Assembly: GCA_002633005.1 (NCBI GenBank)
Contig: NMRA01000085.1
Coordinates: forward strand, 475,464-539,463
Reading direction: 5' to 3'
Length of the DNA: 64,000 nucleotides
Source of the DNA: Phoronis australis
Lineage: Eukaryota; Animalia; Phoronida
The position numbers and the translations under genes were made by a program. Numbering within the stretch: the stretch's first letter is position 1; the number at the start of each line of letters is the position of its first letter. Positions 39,603 to 54,600 of this stretch are shown piece after piece. Below the pieces are notes generated by a model that was not told where the DNA came from, did not search any database, and saw only the letters and a program-made list of their open reading frames with translations.

Positions 39603-42600
39603 GTAGGTAGGCTACTTGCAATGTTCTTGTCCACGGGCAAAAGAGCAGTGAGAACGCGCATTCAGTTTCTGAGGCTTCTCGCGCACCTTCCTGCAATTGT
39701 TTAACTGACCGCCAGTGGCACGCAAAAGTTAATTTTCGACAGAATTTTCATTGTTTGACATGCCATGTTGTGAAGACCTAAGATAACAGGTAAAATCGCT
39801 TTCCCAAATTTCAGAAACCGTGCTACAGAACGACATATTAATATTAATTTTGTTGCTGGGCCCATCACCTACTACCAGAGCTTTCAGTTGACAAGATTAT
39901 CCGCAAATACGCCCAAAGGATGTTTCTACAGAGAAAATCTCCTAATACCCCCAGGGCGTGTATTTGAATAATAGTTTTGCTAAAAAAATCTCAATTTCAC
40001 GGTATATGAACTCCAAAGCCTTAATATTTTATTCGCAAACAGTCTATTTTTAAACAAATGTGTTATGGAATGTCGTTCAGGAGAAGTATTTGTCTATTTT
40101 ATATTGACGCGCCCAAGCGTATATTCGCATCGGAAAAAATGCTCCGGGCATTTTATTGGATTTTATTAAATTTGCTCCGGAAAATATTTTTTCCGAATAC
40201 ACGCCATGGGCTTGTCTGCGGAAAACTCTGATACGCACATGAATCACAATCACCTCAGTCTCCCAGCCTATGCATGTACATGTATAGGTGTGTGCAGCTA
40301 CACAGAGCTCTGCTGGGCGATTGCAATCAAAATAGACGAAAACAACAAATAGAAGTGCATTCACCAACTTTATCGGAAGAATAATGTGAATGGTCAAAAT
40401 AATAGCTGGTCGTTTTTTAATAAACAACCTTGAGAAATAAGCATACCATCGGTCAGAATAAAGAGCTGTTTATGTAACGGAATATTACGACTCAGTCGTG
40501 TGTGGCTTTCGAACAAACAACAATGAATTTTTGAACGAGGAAGACATTTTCGAACGGACAAGACGGTTTTGAACGGAAAGGAAATTTCAAGTGAGCAAGA
40601 GGAAACAAACAAATGGAACAAAGGGCTATTTCAAAACGGAACCAGAAAAACGTGCACAAATCCGTACGGTATAAATACATTAGTGCGCATGCGTGGCTTG
40701 AACGGTTGCCGTAAACACATGTACGTGTATACGGTCAAAGGAATGAGGAAAAAGTATTCTGAGTCATTTTGTGTTTGTTGCCTTGTTATCTTGAGTGTGT
40801 TGCAAAATACGAACCTGGGTGAAATGCGTCGATTTTTAAGTTGGTTAGTTTTAAGTAAAAAGTGTGTTCTCGCAGTTGAAGCAGCCGATGCAATCCATCC
40901 AGGCATGCCTCAATAAACGGAGCGATATACTTAGGCATTTCTCAACATCAACCGGTCATAGCGTGTGAACGTTATTTTTTTGTACCAATCGGACACTAAG
41001 ACACGTAACCTGTCTGTGAGAAACTATTTACAAACATGCAGAAACAGGAAAAATCGTGGAGCACAATTCGGTCTGCGTTTTTGCAATTCAAAACCTTACT
41101 ACTCCTTAGGTTGTTGCAATGCAAATGAAGCAAACGATTATACGTGTGCTCTTTATCACGAAATCGATCGATCTGCGTAGTCCGTTTGTAATATTAACGG
41201 ACATTCTGTATTTTCGACAACCACGCATGATCAGGTTACGTCATTTTTAACTGATGATGTGCCAACTGAAAGTTGCGTCAGCATCTAGACATGTAACCTT
41301 TGGCTTTGGAATCTCCTCATTGTCTATTAACTGGGTCAGTTAATTGGAAATAATTTTGCATGCCTCCTGGCGTCAAGGGGGACGCACAAGGACACACGAA
41401 AGAGGATTGCCTGTTTTGGATTTCGAGTGGCTTTACTTGACTGCAGATTTCTCATAGTTTTGGACGACGAATATTTCTGAACGCCACCGGGAAAGAACAG
41501 GCGTTGATCTTTTTTAATCCAGGTGTGTTTCGTAACAACTGTGAACGTAGCACATTCCAAATTTCGATGATGTTTGAAATGTTCGATGAAATGTCAAACT
41601 TGAGTAACACGGGTTTAGATCACTGGTAACAAGTGTGTTGCTTCCCTATTGACAAACTTAAAATACATGGGATACATTCCTCTCACGTTACCAGATACTA
41701 CTAGCGGCCTCTGTCGTTTCTACAAAAACGTCCTGTTCGTGCAAGCACGTCTTCAAGTTGTTTGTTGCAACGGATGACATGTTTGCTCGAGATTGGCATG
41801 TTCTTTTGGCCAATGACATGTTCGTCTGAGGCGAGTATCTTGTTTTTAAATCTGCTGGTGTGCTGAAAATGCGTCTTGCCCATTCCATAATAGATTTGTT
41901 CCTTTTGCGACTGACTTATTTGTTTGACGATTGAAACATGTCTATTTGTTTTATACGCCTATTCTCGTACAGGTCGCTCACTAGTTCACAGCACTTGCAC
42001 TGACGTCTTGGGACGAGATGGCTCAGTTCTGGGCGTGGAAACAATTCTGTAACCACGCCCCTAAATTCCAGCTTCCGTACCTCAATTTCCAGCCCCGAAC
42101 CAGCAGTCATCAAACCCTCGATATAAATTACCGTGCTCTACAAACGCACCAAAAATATGTCGTATCAATGCAGTGTTCCAACTTCCATACTCGGCGACCA
42201 AACTCCAGCCAGTTCTCGACCACTGTCCCGGGCACTGCATTAGGGACTGGTAGGGCTTTAGTCGGGTATTTAAAGCTTTCAGTGTGTGGAGTTTAGGAGT
42301 GCGGGCTCGAAATTTATGACGCGGGTTTGCTGGTTGCTCAGGGACTGGGGTTTGTAGCTGGAATTCAGAAGTGCAGCCATGGAATTGCTTCCAACCCCGA
42401 GCGTGGGCTCCTGATTGAAGATTGAAACGTCACATATAACACGCTTTGTCATTCCACTATAATCCTTTCATAATTGCGTGTTCGTTCTTTTCTAAACGCG
42501 CAGTATATAATCCCGCACCGCGTGCTCTGCTTCTGCCATCGCGTTTCTTGTGTTAGCCTTCACTTCGTTTCATTTGTCTCCGATCTTCAAACTCAAGTGT

Positions 42601-45600
42601 TGCAGTGCTGCACAACAGACACGTTACTCTAAAAAATTGCAAGAACGTTGCTAGGTCGAGACTTCGCATTCATTTAGCTTTCCTTTAATGGGTGGACGAT
42701 CTGGTCAATAGCGGATTTGCAGCGCAGACGAACTACGCATTGCACATGTGCGAGTTACTTCCTTCGCGAAGGCTCATGGGATAGCTTGTGGTCAGGCATG
42801 TCTTGAGCAGGCTGGATAGTGTGTGCATTTGGAGTGATTTGCAAACTAAAAACCATGTTTCATTTTTTGCTTTATAATACCAAGCAAGGCCTCTCTCTCG
42901 TTTGTAAACACAGCGTAGCTATGATCAGTGACCGTGTGACCGAGAGCACGACTGTCGCCGTGTTCAGTATTGGGGTTATCGGCGTTGATTTCGAAATCTC
43001 CTCCTATTTCAGACAAGTTGAGAGTTCTTGGGTTGCTTAACTTTTGTAGCTTTCGTCGTGGATATGCTAGAGACGTTAATTTTAAGTGGAAACTCCGTCG
43101 GAATGTTGTTCTCATAAGTCTTTTTTCCACCAGGAAAATGTTCGCTGCACACACGATGGCCCCTAGGCAATTACATCGCACTGGATGCCGCAGGCATTCA
43201 GGGGCGATAGTACATCCTCACAAAAAGTTACTCATTTCAAAATACAGCAAATAAAATCAAATGAACCCGGCATACATATAGGAACACGGAGTTATAATTA
43301 ACACATACCACGACTCTGGATACAATTTAGTCAGCAAAACTTGAACGAATCGATGAAAATCTGTTGCGGTTTGTTCGAGTTTCTCTCAGTCACGGTTACC
43401 GGGTGCCATTTTGAGGAAGTTACGTGAAATTACGCATGTTGACGAATAAAAAGTCCAAGGGACACACATCTTACAAGTTTCACCCGATACCTTCTCATGC
43501 TATTTTACAAGTGTCGCGCGCTAGCGTCACGCGCTTCGCTCAGTCTAACCTTGCGCCTAACTCACGGGATTCAGTTGACATGCTTTGTAGTTATCGCGCA
43601 CGCGGTGATAAAATTAACGGCAACCAAAAAAGTGGAGTTGTAATTCTTCGCCAAAGTCAACTTAATTGTCACAACTAAGCTTCATTAAAGATATGTATAG
43701 AAGTAGAAAGGACCAATGATGAAAGTAAGCGTTTTTTAAATGATAGTTTTAAGTGTAGAGTGTATTTTTGACGAGGTGAAAACTCGAAATCGGTAACCCA
43801 AATCCGGTCACGGCCCGTTTAAAATACACTGGAGTAACGAAATGAGTACAGAAAGCGAATGGAAGTATTGTAGCCCCTACATGGCCAACCGAGGGGCTAC
43901 GTGTTGCCTACTAGATGGCCCCGCGTTCGTTTGAATGCGCTAAATTTCCCCTTACTCCCAGGTCTCCTAATGTTGTTTATCCATTTTTCACAAAGTTCTT
44001 GGTTTGCAGGGAACACATACAAACTCAGATTTTTATCTCTCTTGTTGTTTTTGAAGCAGCCAGGAACACAAGTGTAGGCCTATCCGCCGTAAGTTTTCTT
44101 CGCGCTCATACCGCGTTTTATGCTTGTTACTATGGCCGCTTTCGGAATCCTGACCACAGCACCCACAATGCACCATTTTAACTAATTTCAATATGGCGTC
44201 GCTGCAAATCCGCTATTGACATTCGGCCTACCCTCGAACAAATGAGCTGTGGGTTTCTTAAGCCTCTTTTTGGTGATATTTCAGCTTATGACCCTTGTAA
44301 CTTTCTTCACGATCAAATTACCGGCTTTTCAACCTACAACACAGTATGTCAAGACGAGGCGGACGATGGCTGTGAGTTCGTGTTTATGTTATGTCCTTAG
44401 AGGTTTGAGTTCGAAAACTCATTTTTCATTTCAACAGTTTGAGACCCGCCCTGACGCGGCCCTTCCAACGTTATCTCCCGTATTTTAAAGTTGTGCTTTG
44501 TCTGAAAAAACAGCGTACGAGTAGCCAACTCCACGTTGCTCAAAGGTGGCCCTGAGACTGCATCAGGGTGGGACCACGTAATACAACAGACGACTCTACA
44601 GGTGTTAACCTTGTAATTTGGCGGAATGCCTCCTCAAACAATGGTGCTGAAAATGATCAGTGCATTAATTGGGGAACACTGTAGCACCTATTTCCGGTAT
44701 AGTGAAATGTTGGCGTCGCGTCGTCCTCCCGATATTGCATTATCAACAAAGACACCGGGTTCACCCGATATCTTCGATCTTAAGCGGACAGCACACAAGA
44801 AAAACAAGAGGCAGAAATCATCGTTTCGATTTTGTTGCACTCCGTGCTGAATTTACAATGAAATGCACATTTTTCACTTAAAACGCCTAACTACAGTAGA
44901 TTAAATGTCTGAAATGCCGTCATTGCATGAATACTGCTAGGATTGGTTTGACATGAAATTATCCAGTTTATGCTCAAGTCGACACGCCTCCGCAGCCCGC
45001 TTCGAATGGACTAACTATTTGTTTTACCGAGGATATCCACCACGTGGAAGCACCCATATGCGCATTTTCGAAAATGCATGGAGAAAAGGGGTCTCACTGG
45101 CGCTTTTCAGGAACAAAAAGAGACTGGTGATATTTAGAACGCATTTCCTTAATTTTTTTTGTTATTACCCTTTTCATTCATAAGTTGGCCATCTTTTGTT
45201 GACAAAGACGCTTAATTTTTCACAACAATAACTACAAAGTTGAATCGTGATGGTATTTCAGGCCCACCATTGGCCAGTGTTCCTGCCTGGTCGTTACGTA
45301 AGATACAGTTCCGCCTCGTTCCAAAAAATGCGAGCAAAATCCACCGGACTCAGCTGGCACGTTTTCAGTTACCACAACAACAGTAACACGACAATTTTTT
45401 GGTTCAGCACACCGGCTAATATTTATAAACGTACGGTTGCCATTCTCTTTTGAAAGGGTAGTAAAGCGGTCGAACTGCCGAATGCGGAGAATCAAACATT
45501 TTCAACGAAAATCTTTCTGTGCAAGGAATGCTACGGTACATGCATACACAAAATTAAGAAGATTCTGCCTCCCTACAACATGGTATTGAACCTCCATGTA

Positions 45601-48600
45601 CTCACCAACGTGTTCCACGTCATTTCAATGACGTCAATTTGTGTCAACGGAAAAGTAAACTCGAGCTTCTGGAAAGGCGCTGATTTCTGATGTTTCGAGG
45701 AACAAAAAGTAAAAGAGATCCTTGTTTCTGAAAAAGCGCACAGGGTGCTTTATCGGTAATCCTCGGTAGTAGCATTAAAGGGGAAGGCAACCTTTTTCCA
45801 TGTCATTTTGAGCTAAAATAAGGTTGGTTGGTTATCCTAGACATATTTTCCACTTAATTACAGCTTTTCGTAATTTTATAGATTACTCGTCCGCTACTCC
45901 GAAAGTGACGTTTTAGGAGGCAATCATTTCGCGCCAATTTCTTTTCACATAGTCTGACTGTGAGAGCTGCCGAGTCAGTCATTGTTCTACCTCGGTTGTG
46001 TTAAGTTCCGTCGTCGTTTGCTTTCCTTTACTAGTCAGTCAACATGCCACACTGTTGCTGCGTACCAGGATGTACTAATTATCGGCTCACGCGCGCTTTG
46101 GGAGTATCTTTGCACCGCTTTCCGATGGATGACACACTTCGCCGTACTTGGCTCGTTCGTGTGAAGAACGCAGCGTTACCCGTCCACGCAACGTACAAAG
46201 CAGTGGAGAATTACGTACCGTGTGTGTGGAAAGCACTTTCTGCCGTCCGATTACGAAAGGGATTTGTACGCTGAACTGATGAAGGTCCTCGCGAAACAAC
46301 GTCTGAAGAAGGTTGCCATTCCGTCTGTGTTGATTCCCGGCAGTGCCCCGTCGCCACCCCCGAGAAGTGCGTATTTGAAGCGAGAAGCCTCGCGAGCTGT
46401 GGCCAGTACAGTGACTGGAGCCAGTGGAGGCACTTCATCTACTGTCACCCGTGCCTCCGAACATACCCCAGAGCGTGCAATTCCCTGGAACCAGTAGTGA
46501 TTCGCCCTGTGCTGTTTTCTCCAGCCCAGAGCCCTGCAGCGATATTGAGTAGTGGGAGTGATTACAGGCTCAGTTCTACACCCAGTGAAGAGGACAGTTC
46601 GTCTTCCAGTGAACAGATCGGTGAGCCAAACTTTGATAAGTTTATTGTGGACTTGTCTAAAGTGTTGGAGCTATTTAGAAGGTGCTAGGTGTGTGGCGAG
46701 CGAGTCACACGACACGATGTAAGCAGTTTGGGTGCTCAGGTCACCATCCAGTGGGAGTGTGTCGCGGGACACTCTGGCAAGTGGGACAGTTGTTCCTCTG
46801 TCCGTGGTGTGCCGGAGGTCCACTTAACCATGTCCAGTAGTGGCTTGGCCTCGTCGAACTCTGAACAGCACAAGCATTCCATTGAGGTAGGCATAACAAC
46901 GCACACAGTGTATTTGCACCAAGATGTGTCACCACGTCTGTCCTCAGTAGCCGCCTCGTTTCTCTCAACAGCTGCCTGTGCCTGTGCGTACTCTGCCTCG
47001 TTATACTCGGGCTCAAACATGTACCCACCCACTGAATGTCCGTGAAAAAATTCCTCGTCACCACTGCTGTGAACAAGGTCTCCGTCACTCACACTACTGT
47101 CACTGTGATACGGGTCACCGACTCCAGCCATTTTCAGCTTACAACACACTAAACAATCCCTAAATCCAACGTAGTTGAGTTCTCTACTAACCTATCTTGC
47201 CGCAGAATACTCGCCGATGGAAAGTGGTGGCGACAATTGTTGAAAAACAGCACAAAACAAAAGTAGAATAGAACAGATTCGCACGGTAAAGTCAACGCAA
47301 AACCAAGTGGCGGGAAACGCTTGCCTCCTAAAACGTCACTTCCAGAGTAGAGGACGAGTAATCAATAAAATTACGAAAAACTGTAATTATGTGGAAAATA
47401 TGTCTAGGATAACCAACCAACCTTATTTTAGCTCAAAATGACATGGAAAAGGGTTGCCTTCGCCTTTAATTTTGTAGTGCAGTTGGTAAGCCTACAAGTA
47501 CTATTGTTATCTATAATCAACAGTTTCAAATTGTTTGAATTTTAATATAATCCATGATGTTAAAATGATAAATGCATCCATAACAACAGTTGTTGTTGTT
47601 ATTTTTGTTGTCGTGGATGGTGTAGTCAGATATTTAATGTTTTGAGAATTGTATACATGTATATGTACATTATTCCACGCCAGTACAGGGAAAATTCTGT
47701 GACCAGTACTTGGTGCTAGGACATCACAATCCACCCCTTATCAAAGTGATTCACCATGGCAACCCGAAATGGACGACACGAAGTACTTTTAACCAAAATC
47801 CAAGGAATGGAGAGCCACAGAAGCTCTACAAAAGTGATCAGAATCTACCAAGAGGTAATTTACGGTGTCCCCTGTAGGAGGAGCTGTACCACGCACAGCA
47901 AGTCGAGTATGTCAAGTAGTAAATAGCCCGCAGTCACTGCTACCGAAAATGATCGCTTGTTGATGTTGTGAGGTTGGTACCTGACATTTCCGGCTATTCC
48001 CATCAGACACAAAGAGTCGCCACCCATCAGACACTTAAATTGAAGACAACAGATGCTTAAAATCATACCGGAGAAATAAAAAATACGCAGCCTGGGTAAT
48101 TTTTCACGTACTCAAGCAGGAATGACTGAAATTTTGAGATTTTTTAGTATATCGAATAGTACTGTAGAAAGCCACCAATAATTCCTAAGTATGATCTCAA
48201 GTACACTTGGAAAAAGTACTCCAAAATTCATCGACGCTCTCCTCACATCACAGTCGGTTGGGGTGTTCCGTCTATACAGTCATGCAGCGCACCCCGCCTG
48301 TCAATACTGTGAAAACCACACGATTTCCCTCCGCGTCAACTCGTGCTTAGTTTAATTCGATGATTTGGTTTTTTTCAGCCTGGTACATATTCATGAAGCC
48401 CGGAAGTCAAGTCCAGTCGTTGAACATGCCCACGGAAAATCCGGTCACCGGCTGTGGGACACGTCATCCGGCATGGATGGACGGTAGGGTTCAGAATCCG
48501 TGTAGCGTGATTTATGCATTGGAAAATTAACCACATTACCCATAATGCTTTAGTTGAGCAAGAGACATTGTCATGGCCTTGACATTTGAAGCGCTACTCA

Positions 48601-51600
48601 TGTTATGGTCATAGATAGACGCACGCTGTGAAGGAACATAAAAATTACGAGACTAATTGCGACCAATCAGTGAACAGAGGAAAAGATACTGGAGCACCTA
48701 CGCGAATATCATCTATGAAGCTTCAAAGGGTTCTTAAACGAGTACCTTTCTGTCTGTTGAAATGTTTAACGCATACTTTTGATAAATCAGCGCGTAGTAT
48801 TGCGTAGTCAACGCACTGAATTAATAAGTCAACACTGAATTGGTTCGCAAACGATTAGCTGTCTGCTCTTATTCAACAGGCGTTGCGTAATATACGCACA
48901 CTTTTGCTTAATTAATTAACGCGCTGACATAATTATTCGTTATGTCCAATCAAAGACATGTTTACAGTCAGTACGCACCGCCGCGAGAAGGCAGCAACGA
49001 CGGAACATGGCCGCGGTGAAGGAGGCACAAAACAGTTTTCACAGGGTTTTGCCTATCAGAACACACGTCAATGGACTCTTCACCCTTTCTTCACTCTGTC
49101 AAAAACTGCATGCAAATAAAGAAAAGTTTTGAGTTATTTCACATCACAAGCCCTACAGATGAGCACAGAAACTTTACTCTTTCTTGTATTTTTGACCCTT
49201 TCACTCCCACTGAAAACCAAGCTAGTAGACTAAGAAAAATAGGGGCAAAAATGCAAAATCGGCACTTTTCACACCAAAATCACCACTTCCCTGCCGATGC
49301 TCGACTAAAGCCAACATTAGATTATGAAAGCAAATTTCCCACCGATTTCACAAATGTGGTCCAAAAATACTGTCAACTAGCTTTTGCAAATCTGGCTACA
49401 TGAAATCGCAGCCAGTTTCTCAGTTGCTACACAGCAATGCACAAATGCTACAGGGGGCCACCATCTTGAAGAAGGGTGCAGCTACAGCCGAGCAAGTGGT
49501 CTTTTTTGTTAGTCAGCATGTTCACAAACACGAACAAAGCACACTCACTGAGCCAAAATGCAAAGCCTACTTACAAAATGCCCCAAACCTGGCCTACCCC
49601 AAAATTTTAATATTTTCGGAGTGCAAATTGGCCGAGGCCGCAGCCTAACTGTTCAGTGCCACCGAAGCACAATCTTCGAAACTGGCCTTGCAGGCATGTC
49701 TTCCCGGGCCGCCATTTTGAGATTTGAGAGCTCGGACGTGATTGGATCATGTGGACAGAATAAAAGTATGCGTTGAATGGGCAATTAATAGTACGCGTCG
49801 AATAACTGTAAGTACCCCTTGATTAAATAAATTAAGTGTGCGTTGAATAAACACATTCAATAAGCAGAAAGGTACTCGTTTAAGAACCCTTTGGCGCTTT
49901 ATAATCATCTGACATGTTCTCTCCATGATCCGGGAAGACACTACACAGGAACGATGCCTTTCTCGAGAGTCATCTGGCCTTGACTGTCACCTGCGATAAA
50001 GATAGTTTGTTGTCTTCGGCTATTGCCTATTAAATTCATGGGAACACCCATAGGGGGGCTCGGGGGCTCGAACGAGCCCTCCAATTTCGCGAATTGGGCA
50101 AAACGGTCCTCCTCAGTGAAACAAAAAGTCCGAGTAAACGAGACGAAAGTTCACAAAATCCACGGAAAGTCGGCGCGGATGCACGGTTCGTGGTCCGGTA
50201 TTTTTTCTAGTCCTCGTTGATTTCTTTTAGTAAAAGGTCTGCATATCGAAAAATTTGAGCCCCCCTATTCACCTATTTCACGAAAGCGCCATCTTCCCGC
50301 GCCATCTTTAAATACTGATCGAAAACGAGGCACACTGATAAAACCTCGTGAGTGATCATCAGCTGGCCATGGTGTACTGTGCAGTGCCTGAACGTACCAA
50401 TTCCAGTAATATCTCGTCGGTATCCTTCCCAGGGATATACTAAGCCACTCGCCCAGTCGCCAATGCGAGTAAAAATGGTGCTGGGCGAGTAGAAGTTGAC
50501 TTGCCGGTCGCCCGGTGGCGAGCGAATTTCAGAGCGCAAAAGCACTATATATCGTTTCCCAGATGAATATGAANATTTCACATCACAAGCCCTACAGATG
50601 AGCACAGAAACTTTATTCTTTCTTGTATTTTTGACCCTTTCACTCCCACTGAAAACCAAGCTAGTAGACTAAGAAAAATAGGGGCAAAAATGCAAAATCG
50701 GCACTTTTCACCCCAAAATCACCACTTCCCTGCCGATGCTCGACTAAAGCCAACATTAGATTATGAAAGCAAATTTCCCACCGATTTCACAAATGTGGTC
50801 CAAAAATACTGTCAACTACATGTAGCTTTTGCAAATCTGGCAACATGAAATCGCAGCCAGTTTCTCAGTTGCTACACAGCAATGCACAAATGCTACAGGG
50901 GGCCACCATCTTGAAGAAGGGTGCAGCTACATCCGAGCAAGTGGTCTTTTTTGTTAGTCAGCATGTTCACAAACACGAACAAACCACACTCACTGAGCCT
51001 ACATGCAAAGCCTGCCTACAAAATGCCCCAAACCTGGCCTACCCCAAAATTTTAATATTTTCGGAGTGCAAATTGGCCGAGGCCGCAGCCTAACTGTTCA
51101 GTGCCACCGAAGCACAATCTTCGAAACTGGCCTTGCACGCATGTCTTCCCGGGCCGCCATTCTGAGATTTGAGAGCTCGGACGTGATTGGATCATGTGGA
51201 CAGATTAAAAGTACGCGTTGAATGGGCCATTAATAGTACGCGTCGAATAACTGTAAGTACGCGTTGATTAAATAAATTAAGTGTGCGTTGAATAAACACA
51301 TTCAATAAGCAGAAAGGTACTCGTTTAAGAACCCTTTGGCGCTTTATAATCATCTGACGTTCTCTCCATGATCCGGGAAGACACTACACAGGAACGATGC
51401 CTTTCTCGAGAGTCATCTGGCCTTGACTGTCACCTGCGATAAAGATAGTTTGTTGTCTTCGGCTATTGCCTATTAAATTCATGGGAACACCCATGGGGGG
51501 GGGCTCGGGGGCTCGAACGAGCCCTCCAATTTCGCGAATTGGGCAAAAAGGTCCTCCTCAGTGAAACAAAAAGTCCTAGTAAACGAGACAAAAGTTCACA

Positions 51601-54600
51601 AAATCCACGGAAAGTCGGCGCGGATGCACGGTTCGTGGTCCGGTATTTTTTCTAGTCCTCGTTGATTTCTTTTAGTAAAAGGTCTGCATATCGAAAAATT
51701 TGAGCCCCCCTATATTTTAGGCTGAAATTAGTTGTTGTCGCGTCATTTCAGGAACTATCCCATTACCGGCAGAGCACATAGTTTCGAGATATGTTTGCAT
51801 CAATAACCTTCGACCGTGTAGCTCAAAGTATAACATTTCTGTACGAAACTGCGGTGATGGAATCACGGCCTATCTTCTCACGCCGTTGACACATGACAGG
51901 TTGTCGGCGTACTGCTTTGGTAAGAAAGAAAATCCTGCATTTTTGTGTGACATGTCGACGAAGTAAGCAATGTTGTCAATTTTTGTTCTCTAGGTATCTA
52001 GACTTCACAGTTAGTGGTGGAGCAAAACGAATGTCTTTACACCATAGAGACATGAGACTCTAAGTGAGTGCAGGGGCGGATCCAGGATTTTGAGTTAGGG
52101 TGGGGGGGCAGGGCAGAGTATTAGCAAGGATTTTGCCTGTCAGAAATTCGCATTCCCTACTGCCAAATGGAATCCAGTAGAATTTTAGGGGGGTATGGCC
52201 CCCTTGGCCCCTCTATAAATCCACCGACTGGTGTGTGCCTTGAATAGCACCTTCTTCATGGATTTAGTGGCGCATCCACACGTTACTCACTACCAAGGTA
52301 CTGCATTAACATTCAAATTAATAGGAGACATGGGACAGGGAGTGATAAACTGAACTTCCATCTGGTTGAAATACTAGCCCTACTAAAATAAAGTGATCTC
52401 TACCGTTCGTCGTGGCGGTGCTGTTTTGAGTGACCTTTGTACACATGACGCGTTTGGTTCACTTACACTTCCAGTAAAAAGGATAATAATGTGGTCTGAA
52501 TTCAAATGTCCTGGCTTATTTTCCCAAAAAGTGTCATGAAAAACGTGCTGTGTTGTATATGTATACTGTAGTAGTCTGGAAATGACCTGGTCATTCAAAC
52601 TCTCGCACAGGTCAATACAGGCCCTGTCAAGGTAACAGCTCGTCATCTACAGGATTCGATCCAGGCTGCCGCTGTGAGTATCGCGTACAGTATGCATGCA
52701 GTTATACGGCTCTAAATAGCGCCAACTCACAAACAAAAATACGTTGTCGGTGAATGGACATCTAACGTTTCATATTGGATTGCCTAAGAATTTCAAGATT
52801 CCAGCTTCATTTGTGTCGAGATATTGAGATCCAGGGATTTCGAGATTTTGTGATACGTGTTCTTTTATGTCCCTGTTGCAAAACCTATCAAGCGCGCGTC
52901 ACAAGCGTTTGAAATAGTTCTTTTTTCACATTAAGTGTCGGTCGATGAATTTGGACGTCCGTTCGCCTTTATTCACATCTACCTGTCCAGATTAGACCAA
53001 GTCGATGTTTGTAGTGAACCCGTGCAGTTCTTACGCGTCTGTATGAATTATTTCGCACCTCTTTTTTCAGCCACCTGTGGAGAGCCTCAGGTAATAAATG
53101 GTAGAGTGCGGGCCGGTGGACGCGGGTATGGTTCGCGGTTCTTGGAAGGAAATCTTGTTACAGTCGATTGCTATCGTGGCTTCTTTGCACCGAACACGAG
53201 AATGGCCTGCAGCAACTCTGAGTGGACACCGAGCAGTGTGAACTGTAAAGGTACAAAGTCTGCTGTGCAGGGCAAATATCCTGAATCCACGCTTCAATGA
53301 AGATATGTAAAAATACTTGCTTGCATAGGTAGAAGATGAGCAGCTGTGTTTTATAAACTGCCACTGTCTTAGCACTGGTAAATCAGTGCTTCACCTGAAG
53401 CCTTGCTTCTGTTTCCTTTAGACTCGGAACCAGTCGGTAAATACGCACTTACACTCAAAGGACGAAGGATGGACTGGTGAATGAATCCTTTCTTCCTACG
53501 TCTTGCAAATCAAACGATTCCATTAGTAGTTGCAACGCCCACTAAAGACAAATATCGTGTGCGTGCTTTTTTGCCATAAAATGGTCGATTTGCGTGGTCC
53601 GCGGATAATATTACCGACGAATCGACAACATTCCTGATCTGGTAGCGTGGACAAATTACACCAACCCCGGAGTCAGGAATTTGCTCCCAATTTCACTCAG
53701 TCTTGTTGATTGGGATAGATGAATGGAATTTATAATTTGAAGAATACGTGTGGTAAAGGGGTACCTTGGGCAACAGGTGGGGATTTTTGAGGGGACATAG
53801 TGTTAACGACCGTCCATCTGTAACTCAGTACTCCGCACTGAAGTTGTTTTAATATTTTAAGAAGGAAGTTTTAAATTGTAGTCATATTCTGTGCTTAGGT
53901 GTTGGTGAGCAACTCAGTCCAGGCGCCAGTAGGATTTGATGACTTTGACCTCGATTTCAAGGTGTCATTATAAATCAAGATTTTGGCTAAATATTATTTC
54001 GATGTTTATCTTGGGCAAGTGCATATGCCAGTCAGTTTTGGGGTCCTTAACACCACGCAGTGTGTGATATCTCAAGAAGGAACTTTTACCATTGATTGAC
54101 ACGAAGTCTCAAAAACGTTGTTACATTTTTTTAATTATGAGTTTTATTTCTTAAAAGTCCTATTTTTATAGTTAACCCCTCATTCAATAGTGGAGCCTTT
54201 TTGATACAACTCCTAACAGTAGATGGCACTGCACAAAGCAGAGTATCCAAAAGTTCTCCATGAATCCGATCAGCCATTTCTGAGATATGATGTCTAAAAT
54301 TTAGCCAAATGTGGACATTTTCAAGGGTCCTGCATGACATAGGGCCGATCTGATACTCTGAGCAGTAACTTTTTGGTTCACAGCTTCACACTTCCGGTTT
54401 ACACAATTCATATTTTTATTAAAAATGTCCTTCTAAAATGGACTAAACGGGTTAAAATGTTTTTACTACAGCATACATGTATGTATTGCAACAAATTGAC
54501 CAAAAACGCTTTTAAGTACCTCCATTTGCACGCGTATAAAATAAGTCATTTTAGCTATGAAAAGTCGCTTGGTTAACTTTTTTGGAGTCAACGAATAGGG

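Larger units (their letters stand above)
45779..47465. mobile_element. Internally deleted Kolobok-superfamily DNA transposon
   Basis: TTAA on both sides (45775-45778, 47466-47469); AGG..CCT termini; ~140-bp TIRs. + strand THAP/transposase 5' remnant and convergent - strand KolX-like remnant. Confidence 0.88.
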
